NCBI GenBank assembly: GCA_030141605.1
Contig: JAQGDQ010000016.1
Span: 374,282-438,281, forward strand
Direction of reading: 5' to 3'
Length of the DNA: 64,000 bases
Source: Tubiluchus corallicola
Taxonomy: Eukaryota; Animalia; Priapulida
The notes beneath the pieces were generated by a model. It was not told the DNA's origin. It saw only the letters and a program-made list of their open reading frames with translations, and ran no database searches. The translations under genes and the position numbers were made by a program. Below are positions 40,481 to 53,547 of the stretch, one piece after another (the stretch's first letter is position 1; each line of letters begins with the position of its first letter).

Positions 40481-41323
40481 GCGCTCTATTTAGTGGATTT
40501 CTGAGTTTCGCCAAGGTTAGGGTTGTCAATTTTGATAGTTTGTAGTCAATTTTTAGCCATAATAATGTTAATTGTAGCCTTGACGTAGTAGCTAAAATTC
40601 TTCGTATATATACGTAACTCTGTGATATTATGAAGTTTTGATAATTGCACATTGTAATTTACCAACTAATTAATTACTGATAATCGCACGTACACTATCT
40701 AAGTTGAACTGATGTAATTCGTACATCGAGTATAGTGTGTCACTCCGAAATATAATTTTTTGTTGACTAAAATAATATTAGTCAAAAAACGCAACTCAGT
40801 TATTTTATAGCCTGTGCGGGTGAAGTTGGTGATGTAGGTGCAATATTCCGACGGAAACACCCAACAAATTAAAAGCCTCGTTACGGAGGCTACTATCAAT
40901 TTAGCACTACGTTACTATTGCAATAATAATAATAGTAATCTGTGCGCACGGTAAATTAGTGCTCAATTAAAACGGATGGGTCATCCTTAGATACGCCAAG
41001 CAATTAGATACATGTATCTAATACCAGTACGTCAGTTATAGTGAACGGAATTCAACGCTACTTTTCTATTAAAATGGCGTCAAAATCGCAGATTTAATCT
41101 ACAATTAAAGTCTGAATTATGATCAAATTATTTCTCTAGTGCGAAACCTGCATACTAATACGATTTTTAGCCTTCTTTTCAATTAGCGTGCAGCTTCCTC
41201 TGTGCTCAGTATTACTATTAAAATAAATTGCCAAATTTAATAGAAGAGATTGCGCTCAGTTGCTGGCAACATCGGTACGCCTTTTCCGTGTTGCTAGCAT
41301 AAAATTGTAAAAGTCAATTATTA

Positions 41324-43338
41324 CGTCGCGTTCAGACTAGCGAGCCTTTTCTCGCCAAATAACTCGCAAGCGGGTCCAGACTAGATACCACAATTTGCTG
41401 CGAGTTACTCTATGACATTAAGCGCGAACTGACTCTCAGCAAAAATTGAGACAGATCTTTCAAGAGCGTTGTGACTAGAGAGAAATTACTCTCAGCAAGT
41501 TTGGCGAGATTTTACCTACGATCGTGTTCTGGAAAGTAAGAAGCATAATTATTCGTTCATGTTATTGTTGTTGTTTCAAAAAAATAAATTTACAAAATAA
41601 AAATATAATTTACTGTCATTCGTCCAAACAACAGACTGCATGGACAATTTTTTTCCGAAATATGTGACAAATTGATATGCAACAATTAATCAGCAATCAG
41701 TAGCCAAATATTTCTATCTTTGGGCTGAAAAACAGGTTTCAAATGGGATTGAAAATTCTTGGAGTGAATCATCTTTGGTGCGACGAATTACTAATTAGCA
41801 ACGTAGATATATATAATTTAATGATAATAGAAGGCTCCTGTTCAAATAGGAAAAAAGTAAAGAAAGCATGAAGGCATTCTAAATGTAGAACTTCTGAAAA
41901 ATATACTCCTTTCACAGATTCAGATCGTCCTCAGAGACAAGCAAGCGCTTCATCTAAATCTGTAACTCCTCTACAGTGAAACACACAACAGAAGCCATTA
42001 GGCTTTTAATAAGGCCATATGAAATAAATTAATTATCCAAATTTGCAGGTCGCCTATGAAAACATCGTGGCTGCTGCTATAGCTACAATTAGTTGTTTGA
42101 AACAGAGTAATTAGATCAAAATAATTAATGTAAAGAACATTAATATTAAAATTGTTCTACTTGAGCTTCTTTAATGAACTTTACAAGCGGGAACAGTTTG
42201 TAAGCGGTAGCAATACTGGTGCAATAAACGATCGTGGGACAAGTCTGGCAGTTACCACTATTTCAACCGACGTATTGGCTTTCACTGTATCAACAAGTAC
42301 AATTGTACACCATAGATTTTTCTGTGTGATTTTCAAGACAATTTAGAAAGAATCGACTTGGGTCTGTCTCGATCTGTGTCAAATTTCCCACTACTAGCAA
42401 GGAACGCTAAACAAAGTTTTCAGGAAGTCTCTGCAATAATTTTATTCACTTCATGATTCCATCATCATCATTATCATTATTATTAATTATTACTGCCGCT
42501 GTTTCTGTTGCTTGTTTTGCGTATTAAATGCCATTTCAACGTGTTCTTTAATTTTACAGTAAGCTACAATTAAATAAACCAGTCTACAGTGTTGCTAAAT
42601 ATCTTAATTAACTTTTTAAAATGGTTTATTTCACTTTTGCATGCTTGTTCGTCAGCAGGATTTTGCTTCCTTAGTATTGTTGGCTGGTTTAACTAAAACT
42701 GTAGATTTTCAACCTTAATTTTCATCCTCTTATGTAATTTTCTTTTGCTCTACTTTGATATTTGTTATTTTACAGTCATATATTTTATTATTCTATTTCT
42801 ATTACTACTTTTAGCCAAGTTATTCAAATTTGCTTTTAATAAGATGCGTATTAAGATTTTAATTAAGATTTAACCAGTGTAAGCACTACAGTCTGCTGGT
42901 CGTATTTCCGTCTGCCAGCTGAGTGGTTTAAAGAAATAATTTTTTTGCATTTTACCATGCACTTTACGTGGAAGATAGCGTAACTAAACAAATAAATAAA
43001 AAATGTTATGTTCGCATATAAATGTCTTAAAACAGGCGTATAAAAAATCCCCGTGCTAATTGAATATCCGTTTCAGGCTTTTACTGTGTAATTTCAGTAT
43101 CTCAGTTACTTACGACAGCTGAGAATTATCGCAGGTTCTCGCAACGAATAGAGCTTGTCTCTATTCCCGGCGAGAAGTGTCGAGAGTAACTCGCAGCGCT
43201 ACTCACGCTAGACAACAAATCAACTCGCAGCAAATCTATTGATGAGTTCGTAATTTCTTGCCGACATTAAGTCGCAAAGCAGTTCACAGTCTTCACACTC
43301 GCTGTTCAAACAGAAAACTCACTAGTCTGAACGCGCCC
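41324..43338. mobile_element. PIF/Harbinger-type DNA transposon, about 2.0 kb, decayed and non-autonomous
   Basis: Left TIR CGTCGCGTTCAGACTAGCGAG; reverse complement of right TIR GGGCGCGTTCAGACTAGTGAG. TTA TSD at 41321-41323 and 43339-43341. Subterminal ACTCGCA/CTCTCAGCAA repeats occur at both ends. Confidence 0.78.
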
Positions 43339-43616
43339 TTAGACGGTTTAAAATAAGCGGCACATCAAATCGGCATATGCATATAAAAATGAGTAAATGC
43401 TTCTTGCCTTTAATATCGGGTGTTCCAAAAGTCCGTCATTATTTTAGAAAGTTATTGAAATAGCAGTTAGGAGAGGAACATTTGACACTTTTTGGTTGCT
43501 AAGGCTGCGACTGATGAGAATCTTCGTTGTAACAAACTTGGCTTCATAAGTCTACTCAGCGATTATGCACCTCTGCTCCAGAGCGAGACTCAGCATGTAA
43601 GCAAAAGGTTGCTACT

Positions 43617-43715
43617 GGGTGATGTAACTCAATGGTAGTGTGCTGATCGCACATTGGAGATTGTGAGTTCAACTCCCGATAGAGTCATACCAAAGACTAT
43701 CGAAGCACAACATGC
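43617..43715 (+). mobile_element. tRNA-derived SINE head (Pol III A and B boxes) with a Meta-SINE-like core start, truncated
   Basis: A box TAACTCAATGGTAG, B box GAGTTCAACTCCC, then GTCATACCAAAGACTAT resembling the start of the Meta-SINE conserved domain. No intact cloverleaf. Confidence 0.6.
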
Positions 43716-44556
43716 GGGTAATATTAATCGAGATCACATTGAAAATAACTATTTAGTTACTTTAAGTGTTATCCAGGACTATGCCCTAAACGAAGTTATT
43801 ACTATTAAAGAAGAAAATGGCGCAAAACTTCGAATGTACATAAGATGAACATCAGTGGTTGCTTAGTTGCAACGAAAATTCCAGATTGATGAGCTGCAAC
43901 AAGAGACATTTGAAAGCCCTGTATATCTGGTGATATTTCATAGCACTCACCTCATTATTGCTGACTAATAATAGGAACATGTTAACCAAAAATTGTTAAC
44001 AGATCGAATAACTGCAGTGAAAAGGACAAATTAAACTAGCACTTACTACTGCATCAAGAAATGAATTTTTCTTTCGCAGAGTTTTGCTTAAAAAGTCAAG
44101 TTTCTTGCTGAATGCAGGTAATATATTGCATCGTTTATACGTGCGCCGTTTCACGTTTGCACGAACCTTCTGCGAACTTTCTCGAAGAAGGAAAATATCA
44201 TGTTTTCTGCAAAACATCAGAAAATAATTACTCTGCTTAAAACGCAGATATAACATCTTAACAAAAACAAAGCTAATTTTTTCTTCCTTTAACAAATCGT
44301 GTGTGACTTAAAATAGTTTTGATGTCTTGCAGGGGCGATAAGAAAGGATAAAGGCTTAAGACAACAACTTGATATAAAATTGGTTATTTCTTGACGTAAA
44401 ACACAAAAACATTGTTCTTTGAAACTGCATGGACATATGACAGCGGGTAGATTAGCCTTGGCTTTTATCAGGCTTTTAATTTAATATCTTTTAGTATGTT
44501 TGGTTTGAGATAATTGACAAGTCTTGTTCTTTCTCCACACGCATTTGCTCCACACG

Positions 44557-44695
<139 letters not shown>

Positions 44696-45804
44696 AATTG
44701 TGTGGCAGTAACAGAGAAGAAACATAGATGATAAACCGTTAAATTGAACAAATTTTAAAATTTCATTAATCTAGGCAATAGGTTATTGTAGCTGTATCAA
44801 GTCTCGCTGATTATCAATACACTTATGTTCATTATTCCGTGTATTATTAAAAAAACGTAAAAATCTTACAAACAGTACCTATTCTTTTGCATATTTGCGA
44901 ACAGTCTATGCTTTTTTAGTTGCACTTGGTTTTTGTCGTTTAACAGAGAGGTGTTGTGCTTAAGGAAGAAAGAGTGGGGAAGAGCCAATTGACAGAAAGA
45001 GGAAGAAGAACAGAGAAAGAGAGAGAGGGAGAGGGAGAGAGAGAGAGGGAGAGAGAGAGGAGAGAGAGAGAGAAAGAGGGACGAGGGAAGTTTTATTATT
45101 GCATGCTTGCTTATGCATTTTTAATCGAGTGCCTTTAAACAAACTGTACTTCATGACTTCAAGCTTTACCCGCCAATTTGTATAGTAAATTTTGCGTGAA
45201 ATTGGGAAACGGGTAATTATGCTGCATTTTAATTCTGAGATAATTTGTGACTATAGCTTTTTTGTTTAAAAGAACCCAGGCACAAAGAGTCTCTTCGAGC
45301 TGTAATATATCATTATTCGAGTCCATAGAATCATTGGTCGTTATTAATAATACGTTTGGGCGTTTTAAATGTGTAATTTTGCATTAATGATTACATGCGG
45401 GAACATAGGTGTCAGGTGTTTAATAGACCGAGAGCAGCGCCTTTTGTCTGCAAAAGGTTAACTATTACAGTTGTCATAATTTTAGTTGAATGATGATGCT
45501 TTGACAAAAGAAGCGAAATTTCGGTAATTCCCTTGGGTGTTGAAACAGAATCTTAACCCTCGCATTTCATCGAGAGTTCATTAAGGCCCACAGAATACGC
45601 GATCTGATACCGAAACACATTTAGTTGCGGAAAGAACAGAGCATTTCTTTGTTGTGGATGGATAGGAATTTGTCCTGCGAGTGCCTACCATACAGGACGT
45701 TTGATTTATAAAAAGAGTTGTAAAAATGATTCTTGAAATGCAATAGTATTAATAATCTAGTATTAATAATCTACTGTAATCTAATAGTATTAGTAATAAT
45801 CATA

Positions 45805-47300
45805 AACTTTGATTCAGTCTGGCGAAATGGATTGTACTATAAATTGATTTTGCAAAATATGTACTCCAAAACCAATTACTCTGTTAAACTCGCTGGCGGA
45901 TTAAGAGAAGATATACCATCCTCGTTAGGTGTTAAGCAAGGATGTATGTTGAACCCAGCTCTCTTTGCCTTGTATATCAATGACTTGCCAACAGTTTTCA
46001 CATCTAATGAATGTGATCCCGTCAGTCTAGGCAATTTTGAAACCAACTCACTTCTGTCTTCTATGATATGGTCTTAGGATGATATGGTCTTACTTTCTAG
46101 TTCACAGTTAGGATTGCAGCAATGCTTTAATAAGCTGATTAATTATTGTAGCGAATGGGCTCTGTAAGTTAACACTAAAAAGACTTAGTGTTTTCTACAA
46201 AGCATGCAGAATTCCAAAAGACTTAAACTTTACCTATGGATCTGATACGCTGAAAATAGTTCAATCCTATAAATACTTAGGGGTGGAATTCTTTGTGTCT
46301 GGTACTTTCAGGTAAAGCTGTACCAAACTAAAAGACAAAGGCCTAAAGCTTTTTACTGCATGAAAAAGTACATCTCAAACTGCGCAAACTCACGTACTAT
46401 TATCAAATTATTTGAACATTAGAACCAATCATTTTATATGGCTCTTGTGTATTGGGACTTAGCATTATTAAAATTAAAAGCAATTCCCCGCATATTCAAA
46501 CTAAATTTGACAGTGTGCCAAGCGAAGAGGCCAATATTAAATTATGCAAATTTCTTTTGAATGTCAATAAGAAATCAGGAAATATGCGACTAGAGCAGAA
46601 CTGGGCCGTTTCCCCATTTTTATTAAAATAATTAAGGACACAATCCGCTACTGGATACATATTATTAGCCAACCTTATGATAGTTATGTATACCAATCTT
46701 ATAGCGAAAACTGAAACTTAGCTGAGAACTGTTTTTAGACTACTTTTGTCAAGTATATATTATGTGTATATGGCTTTGAACATGTTTGGAATAACCAGAC
46801 AACATTTTCACCTAAGCGACTACTTAATAAATTAGAAAAAAAGTAAAAACTGATTATACTCCGTTTTGGAAAGAAGAAATCAACAATGATAACAAATCTG
46901 ATGGGGAAACAAACTGCGAACGTATCGAACCTTCAAAAAACAATATCAACTGGAAAGCTATTTACTTTGTGGTTATTCCAAATATGCTATAACAAAATTT
47001 ACAAAACTGAGAATCAGCTCTCATATTTTGTGTATTGAAAGAGGGCGGTACGTTAAACCTAGAAAAATCCCAGCCGAGAATCGTATATGCTCATACTGTT
47101 TAAGAAATGAAATCGAAGATGAATTACACTTTGTTATAAAATGCCCATACTACAATTATATAAGCACATCAATGTAATTATTCTAGAATTTTTCCTTATG
47201 AGCGAAGCTGATAAATTTTCATTCTTGATGGGAAGTAATGATTTAGAAATAATTAAGGCATGTATTAATTATGTTGGAAAAGCGTTTTTAAAACATGATG
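45805..47300 (+). mobile_element. 5'-truncated RTE-X-like LINE: RT domain through the C-terminal CCHC region, pseudogenised
   Basis: FDSVWRNGLYYKL, GVKQGCMLNPALFALYINDL, DDMVLLS..QLGLQQC.NKL.NYC.EW.L.VNTKK, YKYLG, then NKLRTYRTFKKQYQLESYL, KLRISSH.L.IERGRY and RICSYC...IEDELHFVIKCPYY. Many stops and frameshifts. Confidence 0.88.
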
Positions 47301-47944
47301 AATAATATACTATGTTATGTACTACTACAATGTTATGATCATATCATTGAAAATGAGTCCTACTGAATGACTATTTATTTTAAATACTAATCATTACACG
47401 TTTCATTAAATAACTGATATAACTAACAGGAAGATTTAACAATATTTGTTTTATTAGTAATTGTTTTGTTTGTATAATTATAGCGTCATTATATTTCATA
47501 ATTGAAATTGTATGTATGTCTTGTATGCATTTCTGACACTAATCTGTCTATATCTATCCATCATAACAGTAGTATTTATCGAGTTACGACAGCTCCCGAG
47601 GTGTCGTGCGGCTACCACAAAATTTTGTTTAATGAATCCCGTCTTAAATGGCCAAGTGCGCGCAAAGTTAGGCCAAAAGCTAGGTTTACTTGAATTCCGC
47701 CAAACTTTCTTAGTAGCGCGGGAGCTAGTCGCGACTTGTGTGCGACTAAGGAGGTAAGACGTCTATACATGAATTCGATTCAAATATTTCCGCGCGCCTG
47801 AACTACACTTAAGACAACGAAATTGTCGTAAGCGCAGTGCATGAATCCGGGACCAGATGCTGAAACAGACACCCACCAGCCCGTCAGCCCACTGAACTGA
47901 CCAGCCATTGCATAGAGACGGTTTTATACTTTGTATTCATCATC

Positions 47945-48131
47945 ACTATGTAATGGCTTCGTAAGGACGAGACCACCACATTGTGGAGGGGGGTCGTAAG
48001 TAAATGGCGTTTCACCTCCTAACAATATTGTATTAAAGATTTTCCATGTAATGAGCTTCTAGTACGCTATTTGACCAGTTACTGTTATAATACAATATGG
48101 TAAAATATCATCGATTTGGGTGTGTCTAATG
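47945..48131 (+). repeat. Dispersed repeat of about 190 bp, copy 1 (interrupted by a LINE, resumes at 48931-48941); intact copy 2 at about 52412-52605
   Basis: Both copies share ctaacaatattgtattaaa...gcttctagtacgctat..gaccagttactgttata...tcgat..gg.tgtg..tctaatg.gc.ctcatac. Confidence 0.85.
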
Positions 48132-48890
48132 AAATTCTAAATTAAAAATGACACTTTTTTAAAATTTGTCTGGAATGAAAACTTCCGTACTACAGATCTT
48201 GGGGAAGTTCCTGAAAATATGTTAAAGTATACTAAACGTCAAATTAAGGATTATGTTTCTTGTACAGGTCAAATAAATATAGGCATGTTATGCACTTGGA
48301 GGAGAAAATGTTGAAATGCAGAATATAAAATGTAAACCATTGATCTTGCCGCTTGGAAATAATGAAAGGAAAATAGAATCCATTGCCATGTCTTTTTTAA
48401 CTGGCCAGGGGAATTTTAACAGCTTTTTGTTTAGACTTAATATGTGTGATACTAGTTTATGTCCATGTGGAGAAGAAGAGCAAACTCCTCAGCACATTTT
48501 ATTCAGATGCAATAAAGTAGACAAAAAGAATGCGTTTCATAGAAATAGCTGATGCCAATTATACACGTAATATTATGCTTCAATCTGATAAGAATTTAAT
48601 AATGGCTGTTACTAACCTGATCAGAGATAGTTTTATACTAAATAATTGTTAATTTAGACCCGCTCGAGAATACAAAAATAAATTATGTATGTGTATAAAG
48701 TTAATTCTTGTGTATAATATTTGTGAATCATTTGAAATTAAATCTAATTTAAGTATAATATGCTATTCGTTGTACATAGTGTGAAACTGGAAATATTTAA
48801 AAGATTTGTTATATGAAAATGTAAATTGTTGATCTGAGCCTGCAAAAAGAGGCACCTTTTTGTATATAAGTTCATTTCTTGAATAAAGAC

Positions 48891-48923
<33 letters not shown>
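48132..48923 (+). mobile_element. 5'-truncated I/R1-group LINE (ORF2 C-terminal zinc knuckle, 3' UTR, AATAAA and (TTA)n tail) with a 7-bp TSD
   Basis: FLTGQGNFNSFLFRLNMCDTSLCPCGEEEQTPQHILFRC matches the LTGHG...C.CG...T..H.L..C motif. AATAAA at 48882-48887, (TTA)n at 48891-48923, TCTAATG at 48125-48131 and 48924-48930. Confidence 0.88.
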
Positions 48924-48924
<1 letters not shown>

Positions 48925-49961
48925 CTAATGCGCGCTCATACTTTATCAGTAAAAAACAGCAAGCTTTGATGAGTGTTTAACAGGTTGAATGGCTTATCTC
49001 TTTTTCCAGCCAACATGAAAACTCAAAGACTTATCATCGTTATTTAACCTATATCCTTTCTCGGGCTTTGAATCCCCGTAAAAACTTCCCTACAAAAACC
49101 TGTCAACTAAAGTTTGAATTTTTCGTTTTTTTCTTAGTGGAAACGCCAAACAGAAAATTCGTATTATTTCACAAGCTTTTTAACCCTACTATAACACGAT
49201 AAATTGTTGCCGTGGTCGTTTGCAATAGTCTCTAAAACTAGCAGTTGCGCATTAGACCAGACGGAAGTGCTTATCGATAGTAGGTGACTTTTGATGTTTG
49301 TTTAACCACCAGCGGATGACATTTATACGCAGTGGTGTGTCTTCAAAACCGCAGCAAACCTACTAAAACATTTGCCTGAACTACGTTTTAAGAGCGTAAT
49401 TTAACAAAGTACAATCAGCGGACAACGTGCTATTGTTAGCATTATGTTTATTCTAAGAACTGCCTGTCTGCTTGTTTTGCGTGTCTGATGTCTAGATTTT
49501 TACTTGGCAAAGCAAGATATGATGTCTCGTTATCGGAACACTGATGTCACACTGATACCTGACTCAGTTTTCAGACTAAACGAATAATATTCCAGTTTTA
49601 GTGATAATATGAACTGTTTCAGCATCAACCGAATATGAAAATTCTATCAACTATAAGCATTATCGATCAGCATTGTGCACTTATTTGCGCGTTAATTTTC
49701 GCAGCTAATAAAGTGCCCGCTTAAAGATCGCGCGGTTAATTTTGCACTTGTAAAGCTTGTAAGACTTGCAGCAGCACCAGGAGAATTTTCCACGATAGCG
49801 ACTGCACCCAACAATTGTGTGCACGTCTGCCCAGTTGTGTGCAATTGTGTGGCCAACAAACGTCTAATTGACGTTTTCTCTAGGCATACATTTAAGTACT
49901 ACGATATGGTAGTAAACCAATTCTAAGTTTGCATTTGGTACACACATTGCACACACACGCA

Positions 49962-49993
<32 letters not shown>

Positions 49994-50102
49994 AACATAT
50001 ATATATATATATATATATATATGCTGTAGCGCAGGTGCTTGGCCGGCCCACTCTGCACAGCCTCTACCTTTATTCCAAACTATAGTATGGTTACCAAACT
50101 AG

Positions 50103-50777
50103 TGTTACATGTCACCACTAAAAGTACCAATAGTTCAAACCTAAGTCTTCTAAATTATTCTTTTACAAATATTTCGGTTCTTATTGGCTAAATCTTCACA
50201 CCTTTTTGCTTCCAACCAATCAGATTTCATTTTGGTTGACAGTGCTCAGGTTGACATGTACACTAGTTTGAGGAAGGTTATAAAAGGAGGGTGAAAACCA
50301 GCTGTACTTTGGAGCCACAGTGATAATCGGGTTGTACAGTGTTGGTGGTTCTTGTGCTTGTGTTTCTTCCATCAGACTTAGAGCTCTCCTATTATCTGCT
50401 ATATGGCAAGTTAGGTATCAGTCTCTCCACTTTATTTCTTTGTTCTGTTTTTCTTTAATTTGTTTAAAATCTTGTCACAGTTACTTTAGGCCCTGTAATA
50501 TTTAAATCTCTTTCCACTTAAATAGGCAACATTATTTAATGCAGCTTTGTTTAATTGTGGTTATTATTATTATTATTATTATTATGTGGAAACCATTATT
50601 AGGCTGCTCCGCCTCCGTACCTGCAGGCCCGAACCACCACCAGCAGTTCAATATATATATATATATATATGTATGTATATAATTATAATTAATTATGATG
50701 GTACTATACCAGGTTGGGATGTTGAGTAAAAGTAATGTATAATAGTTTTGGTCAATACTTTGGAACAATTTGTAACA
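50103..50777 (+). mobile_element. Probable solo LTR
   Basis: Perfect terminal inverted TGTTACA...TGTAACA; ATTGG at 50183, CCAAT at 50216, TATAAAAG at 50279-50286 and AGTAAA at 50725-50730 in U3-R-U5 order. No clear TSD. Confidence 0.5.
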
Positions 50778-51710
50778 TCTGATTTTTCTCCGTCACTATC
50801 GCTCTTGTTCCACTTACACAGGAGACCCACAATTATCTGTAGTACACTCTTCAATTACCCTATAAGTCTTTTCTGTGTTTGGTCCTAAATGATCACGACT
50901 TAAAAATATATTTTTACTAATTATCACACTTTTATTACAAAATCTTTCAAAATTTTTTTGCATATATTGAAACAAACCTAACTTCTCAGAAGGCTTGTTT
51001 TTTCCTGAAGATTTTAAGCATAGGCTTACACACAAAAGTTCCTGCGGCTAGATTAATTCGGTTAGGCAGGACAAGTGATGTCTTGTCTTGGGTGTAAACA
51101 AAATTTAAAACTTAATTATAATTATAAATTATAAAGAAAGCAAAACGTATTACGTAACTCTGTAATTCGTGCTCTTGATTTATACTAAAGCAAATAGTAG
51201 TTGCACTGAATGTCTTAATAAGGCCTTAAAATATACTGAGCAAATGCCTTTGTCAATCGCTAGTATGATCATTGGTTGTCCACACCGTGCCTGCCGCCAA
51301 ATCTGTGAAATTTCAGAAATGCAGTCTGGGCTTAAAACTACGAAGAACGTGATTTAAGACAGCTTATCGTTGAAGTGCCAGAAACTGTATTAGAGTTTAT
51401 CTCAAGATTCTCTTGTATATTCAGGAAGCGTATAAATTGAGTTTACTAGCGAGCCTTACCGCTCTTTATCGTCCGGATTAAGTTGCTTTTCTCGCTTTTC
51501 CTGAATTGACTAGAGTTACTAAATGGCTGTGGAATACCAATTTGTCTTTCGGCTTATTGTAATGATAGGTGCCAAGCAGCGAAGATATTGCGTTTTTAGA
51601 AGAAAAGTTAGGTTTATTTTCATGCACGGGGGAAAATCTTCTCGATTGTAATTGTGTATGCTCCTTTAAAAAATAATGACCAGGAGGCCAGTAGAAAACA
51701 CTAAATTACA

Positions 51711-52905
51711 AAATAAAATGCTCAATAAAACCAAACACCACAATCATGCAGCAATAACGATAGCAGCATTGGCAACTCAACGGTAACTTAACAGCAACAG
51801 CAGCAGCAGCAACAACAACAGCAACAGCAGTAACATTAGCTACAATAACAACATTAGCAACAGCAATGAAAAAAGCAGCAACAGCAGGAACAACAAGGGC
51901 GACGACAGCGGTGATAACGGCAAGGGCAACAGCAAAACACCAACGGCAACGGCAGCAGCAGAAGCAGCAACAGCAACAGCAACAGCAGCAACAACACACA
52001 ACACAGCAACAGCAATAACAGCAACAGCAACAACAACAACAACAACAACAACGCACACGCACACACACGCACGCACGCACACACACACACCCGCACACAC
52101 ACGCACGCACGCACACACACACACACACCCGCACACACAACACAATTTTAAAGAACAAGTAGAAACCATCATTCCTCATTTCGCAATATTTGACTACATA
52201 GGGCGATTCCAAAGAAGCGACCTTGGTAGGTTTTAGCGACCTTGACATTCTTGAAATTATTTGAACGTACTGTGTTGGCTCCTCCTGCTATCAGGTTAGC
52301 GGGGCGAGAAAGCACTCGTCAGCAAAGGGATTTCGAAAGTTCTAATAATTAGGAAACTTGATTGGTTATTTGATTATGATACACTGGCAATTATATACTG
52401 CATAGTTGAACAGCTATGCAACAGCTTGGTTCGGACAAGACCACAATGTAGAGGCGGGCATTTCGGCCCTCTAACAATATTGTATTAAAATTGGTCCTTG
52501 TAACGCGCTTCTAGTACGCTATCTCGACCAGTTACTGTTATACAGTATCGTCGAATCTCTTCGATACGGATGTGAGTGCACGTCAGGTCTAATGTGCACT
52601 CATACACAAGACACCACTATTATTTATAGCATACTCTTCAATTAGCCCAAGTCTTTTCTGTGTTTTGTCCTTATTAATAATAACGTACATAATATAACTA
52701 GGGACTGCATATTGATTATGATAACAAGCTGTCTTTGGCGGATCAAATCATTATTAAAAGCATTTTAATCCCTTGCCAAAATGTAAAAATGTCATTAATA
52801 AATTTAAAAATGCCATGAAATAAAATGTTCAGCAAAAACAAAAACAACAATGATGACAATGTTACTAACAACGGCATCAACAACTAAACGGTAACTCAAC
52901 GGCAA

Positions 52906-52943
<38 letters not shown>

Positions 52944-52944
52944 A

Positions 52945-52975
<31 letters not shown>

Positions 52976-53455
52976 AGCAGCAGCAGCAACAACAACAACC
53001 AACAACATGTAATCAATTATTTCAATTATTTTTCAATTATAGTCCTTTGCAATACTGTATTTTTTCGCGTGATCTCTTTTCCTGGATTGCCGCTTTTCTG
53101 CTTTTTCGTAAGACCTTAGCACCATCTTTCAACGAGTTTCCGAACTATTAGTATACTGTGACGAATTAAAAGAAGCCATTCCCTTACGACTAATACTGTT
53201 CTGCCATCTGTGTCACCAGAAGCATACTAACAGCAAACGAACTTTTAAGAGGTGCGTTACGTTACCGATCAATAAATTTCTTATAAGCAGCAAATTTTTA
53301 TTGAATTTCTCGTTTAAACGTCACATACAGGTAGTTTTGTTTTTATGTCTTTGTCTGCCGCTCGTTTTTTATTTTTTCATATTTTCGTTTTTTTTAACTT
53401 TGTTGATTACACACGCACGCACGCACGCACACTCACGCACGCACATGCGCACTCA

Positions 53456-53547
<92 letters not shown>

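Noticed and set aside
43617-43690. tRNA gene
   Set aside because: It has A and B boxes but no consistent acceptor or anticodon stems, and it runs into a SINE-like core.
51790-52050. Poly-Gln coding exon from the CAG/CAA tract
   Set aside because: It is interrupted by stops, grades directly into (CA)n, has no splice context, and differs freely from its duplicate at about 52900-53005.
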